From Spirochaetia bacterium (GTDB taxonomy: Bacteria > Spirochaetota > Spirochaetia > SP-2023), in the NCBI GenBank assembly GCA_965263295.1, contig OZ253665.1, forward strand, positions 1,280,001-1,344,000: a stretch of DNA of 64,000 nucleotides, read 5' to 3'. Position numbers and translations under genes: made by a program. Below, in pieces: positions 1-8,405 of the stretch. The notes beneath the pieces were generated by a model. It did no database searches. It was not told the DNA's origin and was given only the letters and a program-made list of their open reading frames with translations. How positions within the stretch are numbered: position 1 is the first letter of the stretch; every line of letters begins with the position of its first letter.

Positions 1-1235
1 CTTTGCGGGTCGTAGGTGGCGTAGGGGTTGCGGTAATCCGCATCGTAACCGCCGACTCCCGGCGGCACGATGGTCTGGGCGGCAATGCTGCGGTTATTGT
101 AGAAAATCTCCTCGATTTTCTCGTGATTCAATGCCAGGGACATGGCCTGCCGCAATTTGGGATTGTCGCGGAAAACCGGCAGATCCATATTAAAAAAAGT
201 ATAGGTGACATCCAGCAGCGGGTTTATATCCAGCCATATCCCCTGCTCCTTCATCTCCGGAGACAGTTCGCCGCCAATCACGGCCGTCGCGAAGTTATCC
301 TTGGGGATGCCGCTCACATCCAGCTCGCCGTTGAGGAATTTCAGCCACTGCACGCTGGATTCCGGAATGACATGATAGACGACTGTGTCACAGAAGGGCA
401 GCTGGCGCCCCTCGTACTCCTCTAGCACTTTCATTCCCAGTCTTTGCCGGGCCTTGGAACCCGCCTCGGAGGCCGCGGGAAAGGTCTTGCTGCGATAATG
501 CGGATTGGCCTGCAGCACGTGCTGCGAACCGGGGATGGACTCGGTGTGATCGTAGTAATAGGCGCCGGTGCCGATCGGATAATTGGCAAAATCCTCGGCA
601 CCGTAGAAATCCAGCGCCTCCTGTGCCACGGGCATGCTCGCACTCATGGCCAGGGTATAAAGGATCTGGGGATAGGGTGCACTCAAAACCAATTGGATGG
701 TATAGTCGTCGAGCGCCTTGAAGCCTTCCACAGGGCTAGCGTAGTCGGCTCCGGCCTCGGCCCACTCGTTCAGCCCCTGAATTCTGCCGTCGAAGAGCCA
801 CCAGCTGTCGGCCTTGTTGGCCGGGTCGGCGAGTCTCTTCATCGATAGAACAAAGTCGTGGGCATTGACCGGCCTGCCCTTGCCTTCAGGAAAGACCTCG
901 CCGAGAGGATCGTAAAAATGGGCATCCTGCCTGAGTTGAATGGTATAAGTCAGGCCGTCCGCGGAAACTTCGGGCATGGAGAGGGCGATCTGCGGTTCCA
1001 GCTCATAGTCGTCAGTGGTGTATTTGTAAGCGTAGAGGGCCTCAGCGATCTGCCCAAAAACTGTGTTTGTGTATTTATCGCCAATCCGCGCGGGATCAAA
1101 GGGCTCAATTTTGCCGAGTAAATAACTGTTAAGCGTTTTTTCTGGCTCCTTTGGCTCCTTTTCACAGGAAAAGAGCGCTGCGGCCAAGATGGTCATGGAA
1201 CAATACATGGACAATACACGCAAAAAATTTTTCAT
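1..1235 (-). CDS. ABC transporter substrate-binding lipoprotein, family 5 (OppA/DppA-like); runs off the left edge
   Basis: Not in the ORF track. Manual translation of the N-terminal part from ATG at 1235 (RBS GAGGAGG) gives MKNFLRVLSMYCSMTILAAALFSCEKEPKEPEK...FDPARIGD...EALY...YELEPQIALSMPEVSADGLTYTIQLRQDAHF...VNAHDFVLSMKRLADP. It has a lipobox LFSC and the family-5 signature. Confidence 0.88.
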   Translation of the reverse strand, partial: MKNFLRVLSMYCSMTILAAALFSCEKEPKEPEKTLNSYLLGKIEPFDPARIGDKYTNTVFGQIAEALYAYKYTTDDYELEPQIALSMPEVSADGLTYTIQLRQDAHFYDPLGEVFPEGKGRPVNAHDFVLSMKRLADPANKADSWWLFDGRIQGLNEWAEAGADYASPVEGFKALDDYTIQLVLSAPYPQILYTLAMSASMPVAQEALDFYGAEDFANYPIGTGAYYYDHTESIPGSQHVLQANPHYRSKTFPAASEAGSKARQRLGMKVLEEYEGRQLPFCDTVVYHVIPESSVQWLKFLNGELDVSGIPKDNFATAVIGGELSPEMKEQGIWLDINPLLDVTYTFFNMDLPVFRDNPKLRQAMSLALNHEKIEEIFYNNRSIAAQTIVPPGVGGYDADYRNPYATYDPQ

Positions 1236-1492
1236 ACTTGCCTCCTCTATGCAAGAATTACACACGAATTCTGATTATAGAATTTAATCGCCAGAATTTA
1301 TTCAATCAGGTATTTTGTAGTCAGACGAGCAAATTAATTATTTAATTATTGATTTTGTATTTATTTTGCCTACCGCGCAATATCCGGCAATAGAGGCCGC
1401 ATAAAAACCTTGACCATAGGCGGCAAAAAGCATCAAGCCGAACAGGCTCAGCGAGCCGTCAGGCAAAATCCTAATCAGGCGGAAAATTATAA

Positions 1493-2623
1493 TCAGATTT
1501 TCGGCTTTTTGTACATAGCCTTAAGCCGTTTTTCTAGCGGTGCCAGCAACGGTGCCAGCAATGGATAGATGCCTAGGCCCTTGCTGAGGCGCTTACAAGC
1601 AACCATAAACCGACGCATGCGTGGCTGTGGGAGGGCCAGGCGAATCCTTTTATCTCCCAGAGCTCGCATGACTTCAGTCCATGCAGAAGCCAGCGCTTCT
1701 TCCGCCTCTTGGCGCAAGCCAAACGTATCCGCAGCTTCTAGCCACCAAGAAATGGCCCTGGGTTCCAGCCCTTTTGCCCTGATCTGATAAAAGAATCTTT
1801 GTTTCTGCCATTGCACAATTTGATGGTGCATCCGCTCTACATACATGGCATATTCCCTGTGCTGGGCAAAAAATGTCTTCCAGGCCCACAGAAGCTGCAT
1901 ACCGCAGTGCACAGTTTCTTGCGACAGGGAGCTATGCTTGGAGCGGTTCATGATAGACGCTTGATGCTGGCGATAATTGACTATTATTTTATCGATGATC
2001 ACATATTTTTGGCACAGAGCCAGCAGTTCCAAAATAATGTACGAATCGACCGAAAAGGCCCGGCGCTTCTGCCACGGCGGGCGTACGGCACTCTGGCCCT
2101 TCCATAAATTCGTCTTGTAAATCTTGCCCCAGGTCCGGCCGGCAATCTGCCCCGCAAAATAGGCTGAGAAGGCCTGCAAATTGTCGAAGACCTGCACCGG
2201 CTCTGCCGAGTCGGGATATACCACATTCAAAACCCTGCCGTCGTCCGCGGCAATTTCATTGTAGTAGGCCTGGACGATATCGGCGTCGTGCTGCACAATG
2301 GCCTCATAGAGTACCTGGCAGGCGTCTGGCAGCAAAGTATCGTCGCTGTCCAAAATCATTAGGTACTCGGCACTGGCCCTTTCGACGCCCGTAATGCAGG
2401 CTTCGTCCATGCCGGCATTTTCTGGGTGCTTCAAGGCGATGATCCGCGAATCCTTTGCGGCATATTCTTCGATAATTGCCTGCGAAGCATCCGGCGAGGC
2501 ATCGTTGACAAGAATAATTTCCAGTTCGCGCAAACTCTGGCACAACAGGCTGTCAATACATTGGCGCAGATATTTTTCCACATTGTAGACGGGAATGACA
2601 ATGCTGAGCTTGGCGCAATTCAC
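1493..2623 (-). CDS. Glycosyltransferase family 2 (GT-A)
   Basis: SIVIPVYNVEKYLRQCIDSL, ILVNDASPD and ILDSDD (DxD) motifs. Confidence 0.92.
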   Translation of the reverse strand: MNCAKLSIVIPVYNVEKYLRQCIDSLLCQSLRELEIILVNDASPDASQAIIEEYAAKDSRIIALKHPENAGMDEACITGVERASAEYLMILDSDDTLLPDACQVLYEAIVQHDADIVQAYYNEIAADDGRVLNVVYPDSAEPVQVFDNLQAFSAYFAGQIAGRTWGKIYKTNLWKGQSAVRPPWQKRRAFSVDSYIILELLALCQKYVIIDKIIVNYRQHQASIMNRSKHSSLSQETVHCGMQLLWAWKTFFAQHREYAMYVERMHHQIVQWQKQRFFYQIRAKGLEPRAISWWLEAADTFGLRQEAEEALASAWTEVMRALGDKRIRLALPQPRMRRFMVACKRLSKGLGIYPLLAPLLAPLEKRLKAMYKKPKI

Positions 2624-2833
2624 AAGCAGACCTTAGCGCGTCACAAACTGCACGAACGGAAACAGAGGGGCAAACATTTTCGCATTGTTGGATTATCTGC
2701 AGATTTCGTCAAGCCCTGCGGCAGCAAGGTGGCGGCAAGTGCCGCAAAAGATCTGACGGGCCCGAAAAAATGATGTAGAAAAAAATACAGTATAAAAAAT
2801 GAAATACAATATAACATAATTGGGAAAACACAC

Positions 2834-2873
2834 TTGACCAAATCTGGCCACATCAATAATATTAATTATCATT
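2834..2873 (+). promoter_or_regulatory. Sigma70-type promoter with an overlapping Fur-box-like site
   Basis: TTGACC(2834-2839)-17 bp-TAATAT(2857-2862). AATAATATTAATTATCATT (2855-2873) resembles the Fur box GATAATGATAATCATTATC. Confidence 0.55.
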
Positions 2874-2904
2874 TTCATAATTTTATTTTATAAAAGGTTA
2901 TTTC

Positions 2905-3921
2905 ATGAAAAGGCAAATTCTGATCGCCCTCGCAATCGCTGGATTGTTTCTGGTCGTTAATCAAGCCAATGCCAAAGGCCGGGCAGTTTCACAATCAAAA
3001 AAAGACACCAAAATCGCCAAAGTTCCTCAAATTGAGCTGGCAAGCCCGTTTGCACCGCTCGTCATGCCGATGGCGTATATTGTCGAAAACGGCCTACTCG
3101 GCGATGTCGCCGAAAAAACTGAACTGAAAATCTGGAATACGCCCGATCAGCTTCGCGCCATGTTGACAACAGGCGCCGTCGATTTTGCCGCCGTTCCAAG
3201 TAACGTTGCCGCAATTTTCTATAACAAAGGCGTCGCCCTAAAGATGGTGGATATCTCAATCTGGAAAGTGATGTATATCGTCAGTTCCAATCTGCAGATA
3301 GATTCCCTTGCCGACCTGAAAGGACAAGCCATCTCCGTTCCGTTCCGCGGTGACCAGCCCGACTTGATTTTCCAAACCGTCGCGCAAAGTCAGGGATTTG
3401 ATCCTCTACGCGATTTCACGATCCAATATGTCAGTTCTCCGCTGGACATCACCATGGGGCTCTTGGGCGGTCAAATCAAAAACGCCCTGTTAATTGAACC
3501 TGTCTCTTCCATGGTCATTATGAAAGGCAAACGCAAGGGAATGAGATTTGAGCGCGTTATTGATTTACAAAAAGAGCTGGGCAAAATTGACGGCTGGAAA
3601 AATCGTTTCCCGAATGCGGGCGTCGCGGCCCTGCCGTCGGTTATAAAAAGACCAGAGGTGCTTGAGGCCTTTGCCAGCGCCTACGAAAAAGCCGTGAAAT
3701 GGACGGTCGAAAATCCCGCGCAGGCGGCGAAACTGGCAGAGCAATACGTGCCCGGCGTCAACGCCGCGGCGTTTGAAGAGTCCTTGAAGCACACCGATTT
3801 TCAGGCAATTCGTTCCCGCGCGGTCAAGGCCGAACTTGAAACCATGTTCAAGGCATTTTTGCAGCTGAATCCGAAATCTGTCGGTGAAAAGTTGCCCGAC
3901 GACGGATTTTACTATCCGTAA
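2905..3921 (+). CDS. ABC transporter substrate-binding protein, NitT/TauT/SsuA family
   Basis: Signal peptide; SLADLKGQAISVPFRGDQPD and WTVENPAQAAKL segments; C-terminal LPDDGFYY; first gene of an SBP-permease-ATPase trio. Confidence 0.85.
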   Translation: MKRQILIALAIAGLFLVVNQANAKGRAVSQSKKDTKIAKVPQIELASPFAPLVMPMAYIVENGLLGDVAEKTELKIWNTPDQLRAMLTTGAVDFAAVPSNVAAIFYNKGVALKMVDISIWKVMYIVSSNLQIDSLADLKGQAISVPFRGDQPDLIFQTVAQSQGFDPLRDFTIQYVSSPLDITMGLLGGQIKNALLIEPVSSMVIMKGKRKGMRFERVIDLQKELGKIDGWKNRFPNAGVAALPSVIKRPEVLEAFASAYEKAVKWTVENPAQAAKLAEQYVPGVNAAAFEESLKHTDFQAIRSRAVKAELETMFKAFLQLNPKSVGEKLPDDGFYYP

Positions 3922-3964
3922 AGTTTTTTTCACTCTTTGAGACATAAGCTTGCTGGATGGCAAT

Positions 3965-4735
3965 ATGGACGAACAAAGAACCGAGTTATGGGCATCGCGA
4001 AAATTGTGGGCGTGCATTGGCGCTGCGGGTGTGTTGTTTGCCTGGTGGCTGTTATCGCTGTCCTTTAGCGATTTGATCGTCGCCTCGCCCTGGCAGACTG
4101 TCGCCGGGCTTGTGGGTCTTTTGAGTACAGTCGATTTCTACCGCGATTTCTTCATTACCTTGCAGCGATTCGCCCTTTCCTTGTTTTTCGGCGTTTTCTT
4201 CGGAATTACCTTCGGCGTCCTGGCCGGGTTGGAGAAACGGCTAAAATGGTTATTCGCACCACTAAACTGGATATTGATGACCATGCCGCCTGTGGTCTTG
4301 GTTATGCTCAGTATGCTGTGGTTTGGCATGGGCGGCTTTCAGACGATTTTTGTCACCACCTTGCTGATTTTTCCGATGATCTACGCCAATACGATGGCTG
4401 GAATTGAGTCTGTCGATCCCGATCTGCTCGAAATGGCCCGCATCTACCGTGCGGGCCGCGTTCGAATGATTCGTGAGATTTATTTTCCCGGCATTTATGC
4501 GCCACTGTTCGCTGCCTTGTCCCTGTCGGCCGGTATGGGCATGCGCATTGTTGTGCTGGCCGAAGTTCTGGGCGCGAGTAGCGGGATTGGTTATGCCTTC
4601 TCCTTATCGCGGACAAACGTCGACACCCCCAGCCTTTTTGCCTGGATCATTGTCTGCCTGTTCGTCGGTGGCGGCATCGACGGGATCTTGTTCACACCCA
4701 TAAAAAACCGCGTTTTGCGCTGGAAAGAGTTATAA
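3965..4735 (+). CDS. ABC transporter permease, NitT/TauT family
   Basis: Multiple hydrophobic helices; EAA-like loop GIESVDPDLLEMARIYRAG; VVLAEVLGASSGIG. Confidence 0.9.
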   Translation: MDEQRTELWASRKLWACIGAAGVLFAWWLLSLSFSDLIVASPWQTVAGLVGLLSTVDFYRDFFITLQRFALSLFFGVFFGITFGVLAGLEKRLKWLFAPLNWILMTMPPVVLVMLSMLWFGMGGFQTIFVTTLLIFPMIYANTMAGIESVDPDLLEMARIYRAGRVRMIREIYFPGIYAPLFAALSLSAGMGMRIVVLAEVLGASSGIGYAFSLSRTNVDTPSLFAWIIVCLFVGGGIDGILFTPIKNRVLRWKEL

Positions 4736-5377
4736 ATGATCGTTCTCGAAAAAGTCTATAAATCCTTTCAGGGAAAAACTGTGTTGGACAACGTTTCACT
4801 GCAATTGCTCAAGGGGCAGAGAGTTGGTCTGCTGGGTTCGTCCGGTGCCGGAAAAAGCACGATACTCAATCTGATTGCTCAAGTTCGCCAACCCGATTCC
4901 GGTCGCTGTTCAATTGCCGAGCGGCAACGTATCGCTTACGTTTTCCAGGAGCCTCGCCTGCTGCCCTGGAGAACCGCGCTGGAGAATGTATTGTTCGCCC
5001 TGGCCACCCTGGGAGAAAATGATAAGCGAAAGAAAAGGAAACAAATCGCACACGAAGCGTTAAGCGCCGTCGGCTTGAACGATGCCACCGCTCGCTTCCC
5101 CGGCCAATTGAGCGGTGGCATGTGTCAACGCGTTTCCATCGCCCGCGCTCTGGCCATACGGCCGGATATTCTGCTCCTTGACGAGCCGTTCAGCGCCCTT
5201 GACCAAAAACGCAAACAGTATTTGCTGGCAGACTTGAAAGATATGTTGCAATCCCGCCCCGGAATGACGGTTCTCTACGTCACCCATCATCCTGACGAGT
5301 TGCATGGCATTGTCGATGAAACGTACACGATTGAGAACGGGCGCCTCGCGCGGCAAGTTGCCTCAACACACTTGTAG
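4736..5377 (+). CDS. ABC transporter ATP-binding protein
   Basis: Walker A GSSGAGKS, Q-loop VFQEPRLLPW, signature LSGGMCQR, Walker B LLLDEPF, H-loop VTH. Confidence 0.95.
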   Translation: MIVLEKVYKSFQGKTVLDNVSLQLLKGQRVGLLGSSGAGKSTILNLIAQVRQPDSGRCSIAERQRIAYVFQEPRLLPWRTALENVLFALATLGENDKRKKRKQIAHEALSAVGLNDATARFPGQLSGGMCQRVSIARALAIRPDILLLDEPFSALDQKRKQYLLADLKDMLQSRPGMTVLYVTHHPDELHGIVDETYTIENGRLARQVASTHL

Positions 5378-5391
5378 TACAGGAGAAATCT

Positions 5392-5724
5392 GTGAAAACA
5401 ATAAAAAATTGTCCGACCGAAGTGGCCAAAAGTTTGGCTTCCCTAATCGAATACGAGGCCAAGCAAGTTGTGAGCATGGCACTCACCAATTCCGAACATG
5501 TGCAGATATCAATGTTCACGTTTGCCGATGGCGAAATGGTCAGCAGCGAGTCCTACGTGGGGGACACCCTGTATCTGCTTATTGAGGGGGCAACGAAGAT
5601 CACCATAGGTGAACAAAGCATCCCCCTGCGGGCCGGCGAGCTCTTTGCGGTAGGCGCCGGCGAATACCATTCTATCGGCGGCACTCAGGCGTTCAAAATG
5701 ATGCAAATAACCATAAACAGTTAG
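5392..5724 (+). CDS. Cupin domain protein (degenerate metal site)
   Basis: Cupin pattern GDTLYLLIEG...LRAGELFAVGAGEYHSI; RBS AGGAG before GTG. Confidence 0.75.
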   Translation: MKTIKNCPTEVAKSLASLIEYEAKQVVSMALTNSEHVQISMFTFADGEMVSSESYVGDTLYLLIEGATKITIGEQSIPLRAGELFAVGAGEYHSIGGTQAFKMMQITINS

Positions 5725-5779
5725 GCAAAATGGCAAGAAAAACAGAAGAAAAATAAAAGGAAAACAAAAGGAGGAAACA

Positions 5780-6133
5780 ATGAGTACGAACACGAGCACT
5801 CAATTGATTCAAAATATCGAGCAGGCAAAGGTCCACGATCTTGCCGGCATGATTGATTACAAAGCGGGCAAACTGGCGAGTTTGACCCTGGCGCAACAAA
5901 AAGGCGCCGGCATGACCCTGTTCGCCATAGACAAGGGGGAGGGCTTGAGCCCCCATAGTGCGCCCGGCGATGCATTTGCACAAGTCCTTGAAGGTGTCAT
6001 GGAAATGACCATTGACGGTCAGGCGCACACGCTAAAGGCCGGGCAAGTCATTGTCATGCCGGCCAATATCACGCATGCCGTGCGAGCCGTGGAACGATGT
6101 AAATTCCTGCTCTTCTTAGTCAAGTCCGAATAA
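5780..6133 (+). CDS. Cupin domain protein (HP0902-like)
   Basis: GLSPHSAPGDAFAQVLEG...LKAGQVIVMPANITHAV; RBS AGGAGG. Confidence 0.85.
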   Translation: MSTNTSTQLIQNIEQAKVHDLAGMIDYKAGKLASLTLAQQKGAGMTLFAIDKGEGLSPHSAPGDAFAQVLEGVMEMTIDGQAHTLKAGQVIVMPANITHAVRAVERCKFLLFLVKSE

Positions 6134-6252
6134 AATCCGGCTGAGATCCAGGTACAATCCGCGCGAATTCTGTGCCCTGAGGCAATCGGCATGAGGCCGT
6201 TTCCCGGCATTTGTCGCGGTGATAACGCGAAATTCTTCCATATGACAAGGAC

Positions 6253-7326
6253 ATGCTCATGAACCATTTATCTGCTGCCGCGTCCGACAAGCTTGTGGGC
6301 TATGTCGCGGTCGATACCAGTAATGAAGAGTCAAAACGCCATTTTGAACATATATTGAGCCAGTTGCGCACCTGCGGCTGGGAAATTGGCGGCAAGGCTT
6401 GTCACATTGAGCTTGCCGCGGCCGATGGCGTAAACGTGCAAACCTTGGAAAAAGCGACAATCATTCGTTGTGAAACGGCGGGTGAAAGCGAGTGCTTTAA
6501 GGCAATCAGCGCAGACGCATTCGCCATTCTGACTAGTCTGGGCGGCGGTGGAATGGAACAGGTCTTGGCACAAAGTATCGAAGATGAGCTGATCGTCGAT
6601 AAAGTGCTTGTCGGTTTGAACTGGAGCATGGTGCGTGCGGGGGAGCTGTGCGGCATTGCCCGCAGCCCGGCCCGCGGCACCGAAGGCGCACGCACGATTC
6701 GCCCCGAAGAAGGCTTGGCCGGTAAAAGCCTCAAACAGATGGCCAACTACCTGTGTTCGTCCGACCCCTTGCAACGTTCACTGGGACTCGCGGCCGTCAA
6801 TGCCTACTGGAACCGCCCTCGGCCACTTGACGAGACGAAAAAGTGGATGCGAGAAAAAGGTGGTTTTTCTGCGCTAGCCCCGCCCGGCGATGGTCTTGTC
6901 ATTGTCGGCGGATTTCGCGAGGCAGCGCGGAGACTGCCCGCCGCCCGCATTGTAGAACGCGAACCCAAGCCGGGAGATATCCCCGTCGCCGAGGCGCCGG
7001 CGGCTTTTGCCCAGGCAAAACAACTGGCGATCACTGCGCAAACCCTGATGAACGGCAGCCTGGAGCCAATCCTCAAGTCCAGTCAGATGGTGCCCTACCG
7101 TATGTTGATAGGGCCGAGTGCACCCCTTTGCCCCCGTCTTTTCGACTATGGTCTCGACGAAATCAGCGGCGCGGTGGTGATTGACCCAGAAGCTACGGAA
7201 CAATTCATCCTTGAAACCGGCACGATGGTCATGCTTGAGCATCTGATGAAAAAAATATATCTGCGCTCGCCCAATGTTCCAGTGCCAGGTTCCAGCGCCG
7301 GAGAACGGAATTGCCTGACGGGTTGA
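6253..7326 (+). CDS. DUF364/DUF4213 (Rossmann-like, putative metal-chelation) protein with an N-terminal extension
   Basis: VLVGLNWSMV, RSLGLAAVNA, ITAQTLMNGSLEPIL and IGPSAPLCPRLFDYGLDEISG match the DUF364 pattern. Confidence 0.75.
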   Translation: MLMNHLSAAASDKLVGYVAVDTSNEESKRHFEHILSQLRTCGWEIGGKACHIELAAADGVNVQTLEKATIIRCETAGESECFKAISADAFAILTSLGGGGMEQVLAQSIEDELIVDKVLVGLNWSMVRAGELCGIARSPARGTEGARTIRPEEGLAGKSLKQMANYLCSSDPLQRSLGLAAVNAYWNRPRPLDETKKWMREKGGFSALAPPGDGLVIVGGFREAARRLPAARIVEREPKPGDIPVAEAPAAFAQAKQLAITAQTLMNGSLEPILKSSQMVPYRMLIGPSAPLCPRLFDYGLDEISGAVVIDPEATEQFILETGTMVMLEHLMKKIYLRSPNVPVPGSSAGERNCLTG

Positions 7327-7342
7327 CTAGGTATCGCAACCG

Positions 7343-8296
7343 CTAGACTGACTGCCCTACACGAGAATTAAAATCGAGCCCAATATCAATTATGGGGGCA
7401 GAGTGAGTCAAGGCCCCGACAGAGATCAAATTCACTCCGCTCTCGGCGATACTCGCCAGCTGCGATAGTTCTATACGACCAGAAGCCTCGCAGAAAGCTC
7501 GCCCATTGACATAAGCCACGGCCTCGCGCATGTCTTTCGGGCTCATATTGTCCAGCAATACGCAGTCCGGACGCAAGGCCGGCTCGTCAAAGTCGACTTC
7601 GAAAAGTTGCTGCAGGCTATCTACTTCAAGCTCAATGCGCACCATATGCCCGCTGTTGGCCTTGGCGGCACGCAGGGCAGCTGTGATGCCGCCCGCCGCG
7701 ACGATATGATTATCTTTAATCATCACGGCATCAAAAAGGCCAAAGCGGTGATTGTGGCCGCCGCCACAACGTACGGCAAACTTTTCCAGCGTGCGCAATC
7801 CGGGCGTCGTCTTGCGCGTGTCGACAATGCGAGCCTGCGTGTGGGCCACGGCCCTTACGTAGCGGCGCGTCATAGTGGCAATGCCACTGAGGTGGCTCAA
7901 GTAATTCAGAGTCACTCGTTCGCGGCCCAATAACAAAGCCGCCGGGCCAGATATTTCAGCTAGCAAGGTGCCGGCCGGCACGACATCTCCGTCTGCTTGC
8001 AATAATTTCACCTGTACTGCCGGGGCGTCATATTGCAGGGCGACCTTGGCCAATTCTAGACCGCACAAGGCATAATTATCGTTCTGCGGCGCGACTCTGC
8101 CGCCGCGCAAGCGCAGCTGCGCTTTGATTTGCAATTGGGGATCAATACACGCCTGGCTGGTCAGATCTCCACTAAAACCCCAGTCCTCAGCAAAAGCCAT
8201 CTCCAAAGCTTGCCGAATAATATGCCCTGCCGGTTGCGGAATATAAGTGTGGCGCTCAAGGGGAGCTTCAATAGATAGGCCATTTTCTTTTTTCAT
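7343..8296 (-). CDS. nadC: Nicotinate-nucleotide diphosphorylase (quinolinate phosphoribosyltransferase)
   Basis: DTRKTTPGLR, HRFGLFDAVMIKDNH, LLDNM, EASG, SVGALTHSA. Confidence 0.96.
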   Translation of the reverse strand: MKKENGLSIEAPLERHTYIPQPAGHIIRQALEMAFAEDWGFSGDLTSQACIDPQLQIKAQLRLRGGRVAPQNDNYALCGLELAKVALQYDAPAVQVKLLQADGDVVPAGTLLAEISGPAALLLGRERVTLNYLSHLSGIATMTRRYVRAVAHTQARIVDTRKTTPGLRTLEKFAVRCGGGHNHRFGLFDAVMIKDNHIVAAGGITAALRAAKANSGHMVRIELEVDSLQQLFEVDFDEPALRPDCVLLDNMSPKDMREAVAYVNGRAFCEASGRIELSQLASIAESGVNLISVGALTHSAPIIDIGLDFNSRVGQSV

Positions 8297-8405
8297 TTCA
8301 ACTTCTGGGAGTCCTCAAAGATATATTTGCGATATATTTAAATGGAAAAGACTTATATTTTATGTGTTTGCCGGCTACTTCCTACGGGCTCATTAAATTC
8401 ACCAG

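Noticed and set aside
3..1121. Plus-strand ORFs 3-425, 444-848 and 858-1121
   Set aside because: They are antisense shadows of the family-5 SBP gene on the minus strand
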